From positions 1-35,591 of IMG/VR virus record IMGVR_UViG_3300037515_000667: a stretch of 35,591 bases of DNA; one strand, written 5' to 3'. Numbering within the stretch: position 1 is the stretch's first letter; each line of letters begins with the position of its first letter. The notes below the pieces were generated by a model. The model ran no database searches. It was not told where the DNA came from and saw only the letters and a program-made list of their open reading frames with translations. Source of the stretch: a virus (lineage: Duplodnaviria; Caudoviricetes). Positions 8,722-17,705 of the stretch are shown one piece after another. The translations under genes were made by a program, and so were the position numbers.

Positions 8722-11697
8722 TTAGAAATGACGCGGCTTCGTTCGGCGCCTTGATTGTACCGGCGTCGCCGTCCACGAATACAGCGTTTGCGGAACGGCC
8801 AGAATATGAACGTTTTCGCCGCCCTGGCTTTCATGCAAAACAACGCCGTCGGTGTACGGCTCGTCGGCCGCGTTGTCGCCGATCGTGCCCGGCGTTCCGT
8901 CATACGGATAGAGGTTGTCTGTGTTGCTCGCGGCGGATGTCTCTGGGTCGATCGTTTCCCAAAACCGAGACACGACATCGGATTGTTTGTATACCGCCCC
9001 AACGTCGCGCGGCGTGAACGCGAGCGTCGTTTGCCCGTCACCGTCCGGAATAATCGCGACCGGAATGTATCGCTCGCTGTGATCGGGAACCTGCTTTGAT
9101 ATGTCGGTGTCGTCGACAGTGAACGCGGCCCAGATCCAATCGACGGTCAGTTCGTCGTCGCTAATCGTACAAGCGCAATACCCGCCGCAGTTGAATCCCT
9201 TTTTTATCGCGATCGGCATCGGGTTGCCGCTGTAATCGAGGATATTCGGGTAAGACAAATGCCGAGTTTCGGGCGTGCCATAGCTGTTCGACATTGTGTT
9301 GTGCGGCCAGCCCTTGCCGCCGCCAAACAGAGAGTTCGCGCCGGCGGTGCCGCAATGCGCAATCGGGATCCCGTTGAACGCAGAATGCTGCGCCAGGGAA
9401 AACCCGTGGTCGTGCATCAGGTTGATGTCGCTGCCGCCGTGGTCGGACATTATTCGGCAAATCACGTAATCAGATCCGCCGCCGAGACGCAAGCCCGACC
9501 CGCGCCCATAGTACCGCCCAGACGAAGCCGGAATTTCGTTCTCGGTGCTCCCGGCGTTGCTGACGGCAATCTGCTCACCCTCAAGGCTGTGTAGATAGAC
9601 GTGCTTGCCCTTGGTGCCAATGCCGGGAAGCGACATGATTGCTCGGAACCACGCCAGTTCGATTTTTGAACACCTGAACAGTGCTCGATCGCGGTGGTGC
9701 TGGGCGCCTCGCCCCAAAGTCCAATCGGACGCCGGGTACGAATTGCCGGCCGAACTAACACTCGCGACTTCGGTTTGTGCCCATGGATCAGAGTACAGGC
9801 AGTTGTCGAGAACGATGAACAGATGGTCGCCCCATGGCCATGCGTAGAAGTTTGTCAATGGCGTTCCGAATTCGTCTCCCGCTGTGTCAAAGTACGTGGA
9901 CATGAACGTGGAATCGAGTACGTTACCGGCCGCGTCGGTGCTCACGTCGACCGTGGGCTTGTATTCCGACGTCGTGTCATAGTCGCCACCCTCGCCCGAA
10001 TCCATGCCGAGCACGTAGCTGTAGGTCGCATTGTCTGGCATCAACAAAATGCGCTTCCAGGCCACAACCGCTTGCTTGATAACCGCAGCCTTAAACGGGG
10101 TCTCGACATCGCCGGAATCAGCGAACATTTGGAAAGCCATTCCCTCGTGGTTGCCCCAAACGGCGAAAACGGCGCCGAGCTTATGAACGAGCCAGTGCCG
10201 CGCGAACCAGCGGGCCGCCATGTCGAACATGTCGGGATTGACAGTATCGAACAGGTCTTGGACCTTATAGCCTGCGAAATACAGCGAATCGCCACCGTCG
10301 ATATGAAAATCCGGTGACATTGTGGTGTAGGCGTGATGTGAAATTTTCCAGAACGCCAGCGTTTCAGAGCTCGGCGCGCGCACCCCTATTTCCTGCTCGA
10401 GCACCGAGTCGGCATTGTTAGGCGCCATTTGATGATCATCGGTGTAATGCAAAAACCCGAAGTCGTTGTCGCCCGCATCCCGCGGCGTCGTGAATCGGCC
10501 CATGCCGCCCGGAAACGGCTGCCACGTCGATCCACTGTCGAGACTGTAACTCGCCACCCACCAATAGTTCTGCCCGCGAGCCAGGCCGGAAATGACGAGC
10601 GGCGCAGCCGTGTATTCGGTCGTTACCTGGGCCGCGGCCGCACTGGTCGTCCACTCTGTTGCGTCGGGCGTTCTGTACGTTACGCGGTACCGAAACGTCG
10701 AGTAGTTGTTATTCGACGTCGGCGCGTTGAACGTGATCCGCGCGCGATCAGTACCAGTGTCGTCGTAAATCTCGGGCCGAATACTAATCGGATTGGTTTG
10801 AGCCAAGGTGCCGTGCAGCGCGTTGCCGCCAACGTCTTTCGGCATCGGGCGGGAGGGCAGGTGCGCGTCGGCCAAAATCTCCCATTGTTCGCGCTCGTCA
10901 AGCTGGACCGGCCAGAAGTTGAAATTCTTAATCTCGACATCAGCAAAAACGGTGGGCGTGGCGAACGGCGTCGTTCCGTTGTTCGCCCCCATGCGCAAAA
11001 CGCCGTCGACGCCGCCCGACGCGGCCGGTATGCGCAGCCCACCCGTGTGAGAGTCTGTCGCCTTCGTAGACCAATCTCCTACCGCGAGCGTCCTGCCCTT
11101 TTCGCCCCACGAACAAAGAATCGTTACCCAATCCGCGGTGGCCGGAAGATTGCCCACGACCTGGATCGTTTGCGCCACGTCGGCGGCGTCTCGCATCGTC
11201 CAGCGAACATCGGCAACGGCCGCATTGTTGCGCCTGAACAACAGAAACCTGCCGAACGTGTCATCCATATTGTTGTGCAGCAGCGCCTTGGTGTTGGTCG
11301 GATCCTCTTGCCCGAGCTTGACGCGAATTGCAATCGTGCCGCGAGGTATATCTATCGCAGCTACGCCCGTGTTTCGCGCGACGACCGCGTACTCGCTCGG
11401 GTTGGTGCGAAAATCCATAATGGCGCCCTCGCCGGCGTCCGTGCTCCACACGTCCGTCAAGGTCGCAAGGTCCGATCCGTCACTGATAAGGCCGTCGCCG
11501 AGCCCAAGCACGTCCCAGCCAAGGTTCGCCAGGGCGGCGCCGGTCCCCTCTGTACACTCGATGATCGTTTCAACCAGGTCGCTGCGCGGAGAAAAACGGT
11601 TCCGCTTGGCAACGGAGTCGACCGGCCCGGGAACATCGAGCGGAATATCGACTACAGCAACGTCGCGAAATCCGGGTTGGTCGTTCACGAAGGCCAT
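8722..11697 (-). CDS. LamG/concanavalin-like + FN3 + calcineurin-like metallophosphoesterase (purple acid phosphatase-like), 991 aa
   Basis: LamG-like N-terminus (GTIAIRV, DWVTILCSW, LRMG, FNFWPVQL). FN3-like ISGLARGQNYWW...GRFTT. Five metallophosphoesterase motifs: YTDDH, GGDSLY, WGNHE, VYLH, MHDH. Confidence 0.8.
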   Translation of the reverse strand: MAFVNDQPGFRDVAVVDIPLDVPGPVDSVAKRNRFSPRSDLVETIIECTEGTGAALANLGWDVLGLGDGLISDGSDLATLTDVWSTDAGEGAIMDFRTNPSEYAVVARNTGVAAIDIPRGTIAIRVKLGQEDPTNTKALLHNNMDDTFGRFLLFRRNNAAVADVRWTMRDAADVAQTIQVVGNLPATADWVTILCSWGEKGRTLAVGDWSTKATDSHTGGLRIPAASGGVDGVLRMGANNGTTPFATPTVFADVEIKNFNFWPVQLDEREQWEILADAHLPSRPMPKDVGGNALHGTLAQTNPISIRPEIYDDTGTDRARITFNAPTSNNNYSTFRYRVTYRTPDATEWTTSAAAAQVTTEYTAAPLVISGLARGQNYWWVASYSLDSGSTWQPFPGGMGRFTTPRDAGDNDFGFLHYTDDHQMAPNNADSVLEQEIGVRAPSSETLAFWKISHHAYTTMSPDFHIDGGDSLYFAGYKVQDLFDTVNPDMFDMAARWFARHWLVHKLGAVFAVWGNHEGMAFQMFADSGDVETPFKAAVIKQAVVAWKRILLMPDNATYSYVLGMDSGEGGDYDTTSEYKPTVDVSTDAAGNVLDSTFMSTYFDTAGDEFGTPLTNFYAWPWGDHLFIVLDNCLYSDPWAQTEVASVSSAGNSYPASDWTLGRGAQHHRDRALFRCSKIELAWFRAIMSLPGIGTKGKHVYLHSLEGEQIAVSNAGSTENEIPASSGRYYGRGSGLRLGGGSDYVICRIMSDHGGSDINLMHDHGFSLAQHSAFNGIPIAHCGTAGANSLFGGGKGWPHNTMSNSYGTPETRHLSYPNILDYSGNPMPIAIKKGFNCGGYCACTISDDELTVDWIWAAFTVDDTDISKQVPDHSERYIPVAIIPDGDGQTTLAFTPRDVGAVYKQSDVVSRFWETIDPETSAASNTDNLYPYDGTPGTIGDNAADEPYTDGVVLHESQGGENVHILAVPQTLYSWTATPVQSRRRTKPRHF

Positions 11698-11700
11698 GAT

Positions 11701-12078
11701 TTACACCGGCGGGGTTGCGGCGACGTAAGCGCCCGAGTGCCGGACTCCGCGGACAGCAAACTCGCCCAGCGCCAAATTGCCGTCGGCCACAATGCCGATG
11801 CTTGAAATCGGGCCGGCGTAATCGAGGCTGTTGATCGAATCGCCCGGAACCAGTTCAAAATCGAAATCAACGGCCGCCGCGAACGTCGCGCCGGCCAATG
11901 CCCGATTGAAGGCCACGCGAACCATCGCGCCACCGCCAAACGTCGACTGAATCCAGGCGTGATCCTGCAACAGCCCAAAGGTCAAAAGCTGCTTGGCGCC
12001 CGAAACGAGCGCCGCCAAATTATCGGGCGCGTTGCTCTCGATCGCAGCGCCAGCCCCGTACCCTGGAGTGCCAGCCAT
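11701..12078 (-). CDS. Hypothetical virion protein, 125 aa
   Basis: AAGGGAG RBS, beta-rich composition, tightly packed in the structural operon. Confidence 0.7.
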   Translation of the reverse strand: MAGTPGYGAGAAIESNAPDNLAALVSGAKQLLTFGLLQDHAWIQSTFGGGAMVRVAFNRALAGATFAAAVDFDFELVPGDSINSLDYAGPISSIGIVADGNLALGEFAVRGVRHSGAYVAATPPV

Positions 12079-12095
12079 TGTCGCGACTCCCTTTC

Positions 12096-13154
12096 CTAGT
12101 AAAGATTGCCGTTGTAGCTCACGTCGATATCCATATGTGGACCGACGAAGATTCCAAGCCGCTCCAGATCAGCAGCAGACGCCCGCCCGCCACGGTTGCC
12201 AGCATATCCAAGAGTCTTGGGAACGTTTGCTTGTCGATCGGTCAGCACGGCCGCCTCCAAGGACGACATGAGGTCGTCGCCATGAACCGCGCGCACGTCC
12301 TCTTCCTGTGACTCGATTATCGCCAATCCGGCTTGGATCAGAAGCTCGCTGAATTGCGGGCCAACGATGTACTTGCTGACCGAAGTCGGCAAGTCGAAGT
12401 TCCGCACATATTGCCGACTGAGTGTGTAAACCTGGTCTGGAATCGGCCACAGATAGGTCCACCACCGTTGTCCAATATTAAGTTCTGCGATCGGTTCAAA
12501 AACCTTGGGGCCAATTCCCGCGATTTGCGGACGGCCGGTCGCGCCGCCCATGCGGTAGCGATCGTGGATCATCGACAGCGGAACGATCGGGATTCGGCCC
12601 TGCGACTGGTTGGCGCTGGGCGAGAACACGTACTCTTGGCTGTGCATCCCGCCAAAATCTTCCTCAAGCTGATATCTGCCGTCGGCTGTAATCGTGAAAT
12701 CGTTTCCTTCTTCGCCCGACGCGTCGCCCACGACCACAATCCCTTGCGTAGAATCCCATGCCACCACGGGATACGAATCGCCGCTCACGACGAACGTAAT
12801 CGAGTGCCCGACCATCGAGGGAAACAGCGGATACAGCGCGCCGGTCGGCGCATAGATTATCGTGTAGCCTGGACTCCCCCCGTCGTGTATTGGTGTTAGG
12901 CAGGTCGTCGTGGTCGTCGGCCAAACGGTGAAGTCCGCGTATGGATACAGCCACGTCCACTTGTGAGATCGACGCTCGCCCAGTCGGACCAGGGGCGGCG
13001 GAGTGAGCATCCATCGCAGAGCGCGCCCAAAGATTTGGTCGACCAGTGCGGCTTCGGCCGAGCTCCAAGCAGTATCATCCTCGGTGAATCCGAGAAAGCG
13101 GCCGTACACCCGCGCCACTTGCAGGTATTCTTGCGTAAGTGTCGGCTCGGCCAT
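12096..13154 (-). CDS. Head-tail adaptor / tail tubular protein A-like, 352 aa
   Basis: HKWTWL, YQLEEDF, GRPQ and YLWPIPDQVYTL motifs typical of podovirus adaptor proteins, plus gene order. Confidence 0.7.
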   Translation of the reverse strand: MAEPTLTQEYLQVARVYGRFLGFTEDDTAWSSAEAALVDQIFGRALRWMLTPPPLVRLGERRSHKWTWLYPYADFTVWPTTTTTCLTPIHDGGSPGYTIIYAPTGALYPLFPSMVGHSITFVVSGDSYPVVAWDSTQGIVVVGDASGEEGNDFTITADGRYQLEEDFGGMHSQEYVFSPSANQSQGRIPIVPLSMIHDRYRMGGATGRPQIAGIGPKVFEPIAELNIGQRWWTYLWPIPDQVYTLSRQYVRNFDLPTSVSKYIVGPQFSELLIQAGLAIIESQEEDVRAVHGDDLMSSLEAAVLTDRQANVPKTLGYAGNRGGRASAADLERLGIFVGPHMDIDVSYNGNLY

Positions 13155-13170
13155 TCAGGTCCATCCGGCG

Positions 13171-13731
13171 CTATGTTACCTGCGCATTGAAGGCGTCCAC
13201 TTCGGTTTCGCTCCCATTGAACAATCGAATCATCAAGGCGCCCGTTTTCGGGCTTACGCCCAAGTACGAGCCGACGGCGTACCCGCCCACCCCGGTCGGG
13301 AACTTCACCTGCGATCCGGCCGCAACCTCGCGCCAGTTTGTCGGCGATTGCGCTGTGACCATTCCGGGCTCCGGCTTCTGGCCGACTGCCGCCGGCGCTG
13401 GAGCTGCCTGGCCAATGGCGTGTCCGCCCACCACGGGCGATAACTTCGCTTGAAGCGACCCACCGCACGAGGAACAGAACTTTGACGATTCGCCGTTCTC
13501 TACACCGCACGCGGCGCACCATCCGGCCCCGGTCGCATCCGGCACGTTTTGCCGAACGCGCTCGCCGGCTACGGACAATACGGTGGCAAGGCAGGCGAGC
13601 GGAAGCTCCAGCCCGTATGGCGCGAGCATGGTTTCCGTGCGATCCAGCAAATCAACAACCCCTGGCGTGATCGGCTCCGCGTCGCCGAGCTGCAAAATCT
13701 GCCGCACTGCATCTTCGATCTTCGGGCCCAT
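13171..13731 (-). CDS. Hypothetical protein with zinc-ribbon domain, 186 aa
   Basis: CAACGVENGESSKFCSSCG motif, GGAG RBS. Confidence 0.75.
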   Translation of the reverse strand: MGPKIEDAVRQILQLGDAEPITPGVVDLLDRTETMLAPYGLELPLACLATVLSVAGERVRQNVPDATGAGWCAACGVENGESSKFCSSCGGSLQAKLSPVVGGHAIGQAAPAPAAVGQKPEPGMVTAQSPTNWREVAAGSQVKFPTGVGGYAVGSYLGVSPKTGALMIRLFNGSETEVDAFNAQVT

Positions 13732-13761
13732 ACGAAATTACTCCAACAAAAATCTCGGTTC

Positions 13762-13829
13762 AAAAAAGCGCGCCGGGGCCGCGGTTCGGGCAGGCGAGAC
13801 CCGGGAAAATCATCGCGGGCGCCCGGCGC
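13762..13829 (-). terminator. Putative intrinsic terminator/attenuator after head genes
   Basis: GC-rich stem gcgccggg...ccccggcgc followed by TTTTTT on the minus strand. Confidence 0.45.
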
Positions 13830-14076
13830 TTCGTTTCGTCGGGATCGTCGCGTCCTCGTCAGTTTCGTCCTCGCCGTGAGATTTCACCACGCGATCGCCG
13901 AAAACCGCCTCGCAAATCCCAAGCGCGAAACTGGCGAACAACAGTGGGTTGTCCTGAATCGTTTGAGCCGACCGAGCCATGCGATTGACCACGGTCTCGC
14001 AAAACTTCCGCTCGAGGTCGGTGAGCCGTTCGCCGCCGTTCGCCCGCTCGAGCGCCACTTGGTCTTTCTCGGTCAT
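13810..14076 (-). CDS. Hypothetical protein, 88 aa (MTEKDQ...)
   Basis: ATG at 14076 with AAGGA upstream. The longer ORF-track start overlaps the preceding gene. Confidence 0.65.
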   Translation of the reverse strand: MTEKDQVALERANGGERLTDLERKFCETVVNRMARSAQTIQDNPLLFASFALGICEAVFGDRVVKSHGEDETDEDATIPTKRSAGRPR

Positions 14077-14167
14077 AATTGTCCAATCCTTTCGCTGCGA
14101 ACAACAAGTGGGCCGAGCGAGCGCCTGGTCGCAGCGCCCGGCCCACCGGAGGGGAAAGAAGCCTTGC

Positions 14168-15256
14168 TTAAACCAACGTGACACCGGTAGCGGCAACCAC
14201 CTGCCACACCACGCCGTCCCACACCGCATGCGCCGATTCGGTGGCGGCCTCGAACTCGATGGACGCGAGAACCGTGAGCGTGGTGCCCCCAAGAGTCTGG
14301 AGGTTGCTCGCTGTATCGAGCACCTGGAACTCGTTCGTGGTGATGGCGCCCATGCACAGGAAGCCTTTTCTCTCGCCGATCTCAACTCCGTCGACGATCA
14401 GGTAGGTTCCGTCACCGGTCGCGAAAGTCGTTCCGCCGAAAATCAGGGACAGCCCGCTACGCAACGGCGCGACGGCAATGGTCGTGTTGTGGATTGGAAC
14501 GATCCACTCGATCAAGCCGGACTCGTCGCCGCCAAGCAGCTCGGCCTGAACCGTCGGGTTCCCGCGAACGACATAGATCGCCACAATCGCGTTCGTCGAT
14601 CCGGGCGACACGCTCACGATTGCATTGTCGTCATCGGTGATGGTCGAAATTGTGTAGCGTCCATACGTGAGCCCGGCGGCGGCACCCGCCGCCGTACTGC
14701 CGGCGACGACGTAGATGTAGTCGCCAACACGGGCCTTCGCGAACTTTCCGGTCGCGGCAAAATTGCGCGTCGTGGCCGTATAAACGCACGCGCCGTCCAG
14801 GCTTTGCGAAACGGGTTGCGGCGTCAAGTCGTCAGCGTCCGTAGCGTTGGCGATCGTCTGCATCGCCTTCGCGGACCCGCGGCCCACGTAGCCCGCTTGA
14901 ATGAATCGACCGTTGGCCTGCCCGGCGCTGACCAGTGCCGTAAGAATCGTCGAATTGATCGTGGTTGGAATCAGTGTCGAGATCACACAATGACTGCCCG
15001 GCTGAAAGACTGCGCACGCCTCACGCGTGGCATAAGTCTTGGCCGCGTGATTCTGTGCGACCACGCCCGCGAAATTGCGGTGGTTCGCGGCCGACGGCAA
15101 CTCGATGTAGTTGTCGCGCGTGCCGTCGTGTGCGCTTGCGGTCCCGCGATCGCGATCAAAGCACACCGCCACCCCGCGTTCGAGCGCAACCGATGCGTCC
15201 CGCTGCAAATCGCGCGGGGCCGTCAGCGACATGCTCTCGTGTGGATAACCTTGCAT
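14168..15256 (-). CDS. Putative capsid decoration/head fibre protein, 362 aa
   Basis: Immediately after MCP with AGGAG RBS. A/T/G/V-rich multi-domain beta protein, with GVAVCFD and FAGVV in the N-terminal domain. Confidence 0.6.
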   Translation of the reverse strand: MQGYPHESMSLTAPRDLQRDASVALERGVAVCFDRDRGTASAHDGTRDNYIELPSAANHRNFAGVVAQNHAAKTYATREACAVFQPGSHCVISTLIPTTINSTILTALVSAGQANGRFIQAGYVGRGSAKAMQTIANATDADDLTPQPVSQSLDGACVYTATTRNFAATGKFAKARVGDYIYVVAGSTAAGAAAGLTYGRYTISTITDDDNAIVSVSPGSTNAIVAIYVVRGNPTVQAELLGGDESGLIEWIVPIHNTTIAVAPLRSGLSLIFGGTTFATGDGTYLIVDGVEIGERKGFLCMGAITTNEFQVLDTASNLQTLGGTTLTVLASIEFEAATESAHAVWDGVVWQVVAATGVTLV

Positions 15257-15295
15257 GTTTATCTCCTACTTTTCGTAATCCCTGGGCGGCGGTTG

Positions 15296-16342
15296 TTACG
15301 CGGACTTGCGGAAATACGCCTGGGTGCGCGGGTTCACGCAAATGGTTTGGTGCGAGCTATCGACCCACACGACAATCGTTCGGGGTTGGTCGGACGGGCG
15401 AATGGCCGGCCGCTCGTTTTGGAACTCACCTTCCATGATATAGGTCTGAAAGAAGTCGAAGTTGAGCATGTATACCGGGTCCGTGGTGTCCGCGTCGAGG
15501 TACGGAACGTACTCGATCGGGCTTCCGTGAAACACGATTTGGCCGTCCATCGTCGCAAGGTCGCGGCCGAGCGATTCGTTCTGGTTTTCACCGAGGGTTT
15601 CAAATTGAAGTTTGGGGCGCTGGCCACAGAAAATTCGCATCCGATCACCGCGACCGAATCGAAAGTCCATGATGCCGATCGGCGACTTGAACCCCGTGAG
15701 CAGCTTCGCGCGGCGCATCAACATGACAAGGTCACCCTTTGTCACCGCGCTGTACGTACCGGTGTAGTTCGAGAGCATTGGGTAGGTCGTGCGAGAAAGG
15801 TTGATTGTGCCGGACGGGAATCCGGCCGGGTCGGGACCGTTGAATCCTTCGGTGCCCGAATGAGTGACCCACATGGGAATTCCGAAAAGCGTCTTTTTGT
15901 CGGTTGAGTCGTCCGGTTTCGACCAGCCGGCGGCTTCAAGCATTTCAATGTTCGCGAGCCGCCCCTTCTCTCGCTCGAGATTCAGCAGATCGTAAATCTG
16001 GTGCCGGCCGCTGTTCATCTTGAGCATGCGGTCATCGGGCACGCCCCAATACCACGTTGAGTGCGTCCAGTCGACGCGACCCTTAGCCGTGGTGTCGGCG
16101 AACGCAGCCGAGCGTTTTTCGCCCAGGCCGACAAACTTGGCCTGACCGGAGCCCTTGTACATGACAGGCACGTCGATGTAATCGCCGCCCGAAAGGACAA
16201 CCCGGTCGCGGCGCATTAACCGTTGCTGGAACGGATAGTCTTGAAGTGTCTGTGCGACCTGAACCATTTTCATCGGGTTCAGTTCGGGCAGGGTGTTGTT
16301 GAACAGGTCGAGCGCTTCGTCGACGACAAGAGTGTCCGGCAT
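15296..16342 (-). CDS. Major capsid protein, 348 aa
   Basis: Follows portal and scaffold, typical size. HK97-fold-like segments LSGGDYIDVP, LFGIP, IVFHGSPIEY, VYMLN and CVNPRTQA. Confidence 0.85.
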   Translation of the reverse strand: MPDTLVVDEALDLFNNTLPELNPMKMVQVAQTLQDYPFQQRLMRRDRVVLSGGDYIDVPVMYKGSGQAKFVGLGEKRSAAFADTTAKGRVDWTHSTWYWGVPDDRMLKMNSGRHQIYDLLNLEREKGRLANIEMLEAAGWSKPDDSTDKKTLFGIPMWVTHSGTEGFNGPDPAGFPSGTINLSRTTYPMLSNYTGTYSAVTKGDLVMLMRRAKLLTGFKSPIGIMDFRFGRGDRMRIFCGQRPKLQFETLGENQNESLGRDLATMDGQIVFHGSPIEYVPYLDADTTDPVYMLNFDFFQTYIMEGEFQNERPAIRPSDQPRTIVVWVDSSHQTICVNPRTQAYFRKSA

Positions 16343-16364
16343 GGCATTCTCCTATTATCTGGCC

Positions 16365-17327
16365 CTATCCTCGTAGGTAGGTCTGCCACATTGAATTGAC
16401 CCTCGCTCGCCGATCTTGTTCAGTCGGTACAGCGCGGCGTCCACCAGGGCGGTTGGTCGCCTGGCGGGATCGGTTGTTGATCGCTTCTGTTAATTCGCGG
16501 CGCCCGATCGCCTTGCCCTCTTCCAGAGCCGACGAGGCTTGTCCGGAAACGCGGGAAAGCGATTGGCCTAGAACATGGGACAAAGGCGGCGGACCCATGC
16601 CCTTCATTTGATAGGTCGAGATCATGTCTTGAACATCCTCGATCCAGCGCTGGCGCAGGTTGCTGTCTTTGAGCTCGGGATGCTGCTGTTGGAAAGAAGA
16701 AACCGTGCTGCGATACTCCTCTTCGCGCTGCTGAGCGACCGCTTGCAGTGTAGCGTTGAGCCTTTGGTTTTCGGCGGCATTCGACTTAACCATGTCCCGC
16801 AGGCTTTTGATTGCCGAAATCGATTCGTCGTCGGCGTCCTCTCCTGGGTTCGGAAGTTTGCTCTCGTCGAATGCCGGCGGTTGATTCTGTGTAGCGAGCC
16901 GCTGAGCGGCCGCTTGCCGCTCGCGAAACGCGCGCCCCTGCCTTGCCGCCAATCGTTCGGCTGCCGTAATCACGTGCTCGGCAATGGCCGGATCGGTTAG
17001 CGAAGCGAAATCTTCGTCGACGAATCCGATGTCTCTCCCGCGCGACAACAAGGCGTTGTCTAGTTCCAGCTTTTCGACAACCCCTTCAACGCTCGGCGCG
17101 GCCGCCTCCGGCTTCGTGTCTGCTGGGCGGCCCGCTTCTGCCTCGCCGCGACCGCCATCCCATCCGTACATCGTCTCGATTTGCTCGGGCGTTCGATCAA
17201 TTGGGAGATCACTCGACGCCGCCGCCGCGGTATCGTCAAACGTGAATGATTCTCGCGTAGAAGCCGGTAGCGGCTCTCGGCCAGTCATTTGCCCGGCTGT
17301 TGGAAAATCTTCGAGCGAGTTCGTCAT
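16365..17327 (-). CDS. Capsid scaffolding protein, 320 aa
   Basis: Acidic low-complexity N-terminus, coiled-coil and basic C-terminal tail. Directly upstream of MCP with AAGGA RBS. Confidence 0.7.
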   Translation of the reverse strand: MTNSLEDFPTAGQMTGREPLPASTRESFTFDDTAAAASSDLPIDRTPEQIETMYGWDGGRGEAEAGRPADTKPEAAAPSVEGVVEKLELDNALLSRGRDIGFVDEDFASLTDPAIAEHVITAAERLAARQGRAFRERQAAAQRLATQNQPPAFDESKLPNPGEDADDESISAIKSLRDMVKSNAAENQRLNATLQAVAQQREEEYRSTVSSFQQQHPELKDSNLRQRWIEDVQDMISTYQMKGMGPPPLSHVLGQSLSRVSGQASSALEEGKAIGRRELTEAINNRSRQATNRPGGRRAVPTEQDRRARVNSMWQTYLRG

Positions 17328-17330
17328 GCC

Positions 17331-17705
17331 TTATTCCTTCGGTCCTTCGATGCGCGGACAATTATCATAATGGTACGGTTTGTCAAGCGGTTTTCCGTTT
17401 CCCAGCCCGTCGATCGGATTCCCGGCGATCTCGTTCGTTGCAATAATTCCGCGACAATTCAGCGCGCGAATATACTCGCGGCGACTTTCAAACGTCACGC
17501 TTCCATCGTTAGCGACCTCGGCCGATACTCCGTGCGACTTGTGGAATTGCCGCAGCTCTTCGGCCTGAGACGGGTGAACTTGCAGGTTGTCGATTCTCGC
17601 CGGCCATATTCGCGACGACATGACGTAGGGAACGCCTTCCTTCTTTGGCCGAGCATCCCATTCGGCCTTCGTCAGCTCTCGGCCGTTTACGCGATAGCGG
17701 ATCAT
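17331..17705 (-). CDS. Hypothetical protein between portal and scaffold, 124 aa
   Basis: ATGA overlap with the portal stop, protein-like composition. Confidence 0.75.
   Translation of the reverse strand: MIRYRVNGRELTKAEWDARPKKEGVPYVMSSRIWPARIDNLQVHPSQAEELRQFHKSHGVSAEVANDGSVTFESRREYIRALNCRGIIATNEIAGNPIDGLGNGKPLDKPYHYDNCPRIEGPKE

Noticed and set aside
15519-15534. Second parS inside the capsid gene (…CGTGAAACA)
   Set aside because: Only one half-site matches, and it lies in coding sequence.
13979-15907. Long plus-strand ORFs (642 aa here, also 10429-11805, 18029-19390, 25274-26179 and 266-1186)
   Set aside because: Antisense shadows of well-supported minus-strand genes in GC-rich DNA. Arg/Ser-rich composition, with no motifs or RBS.
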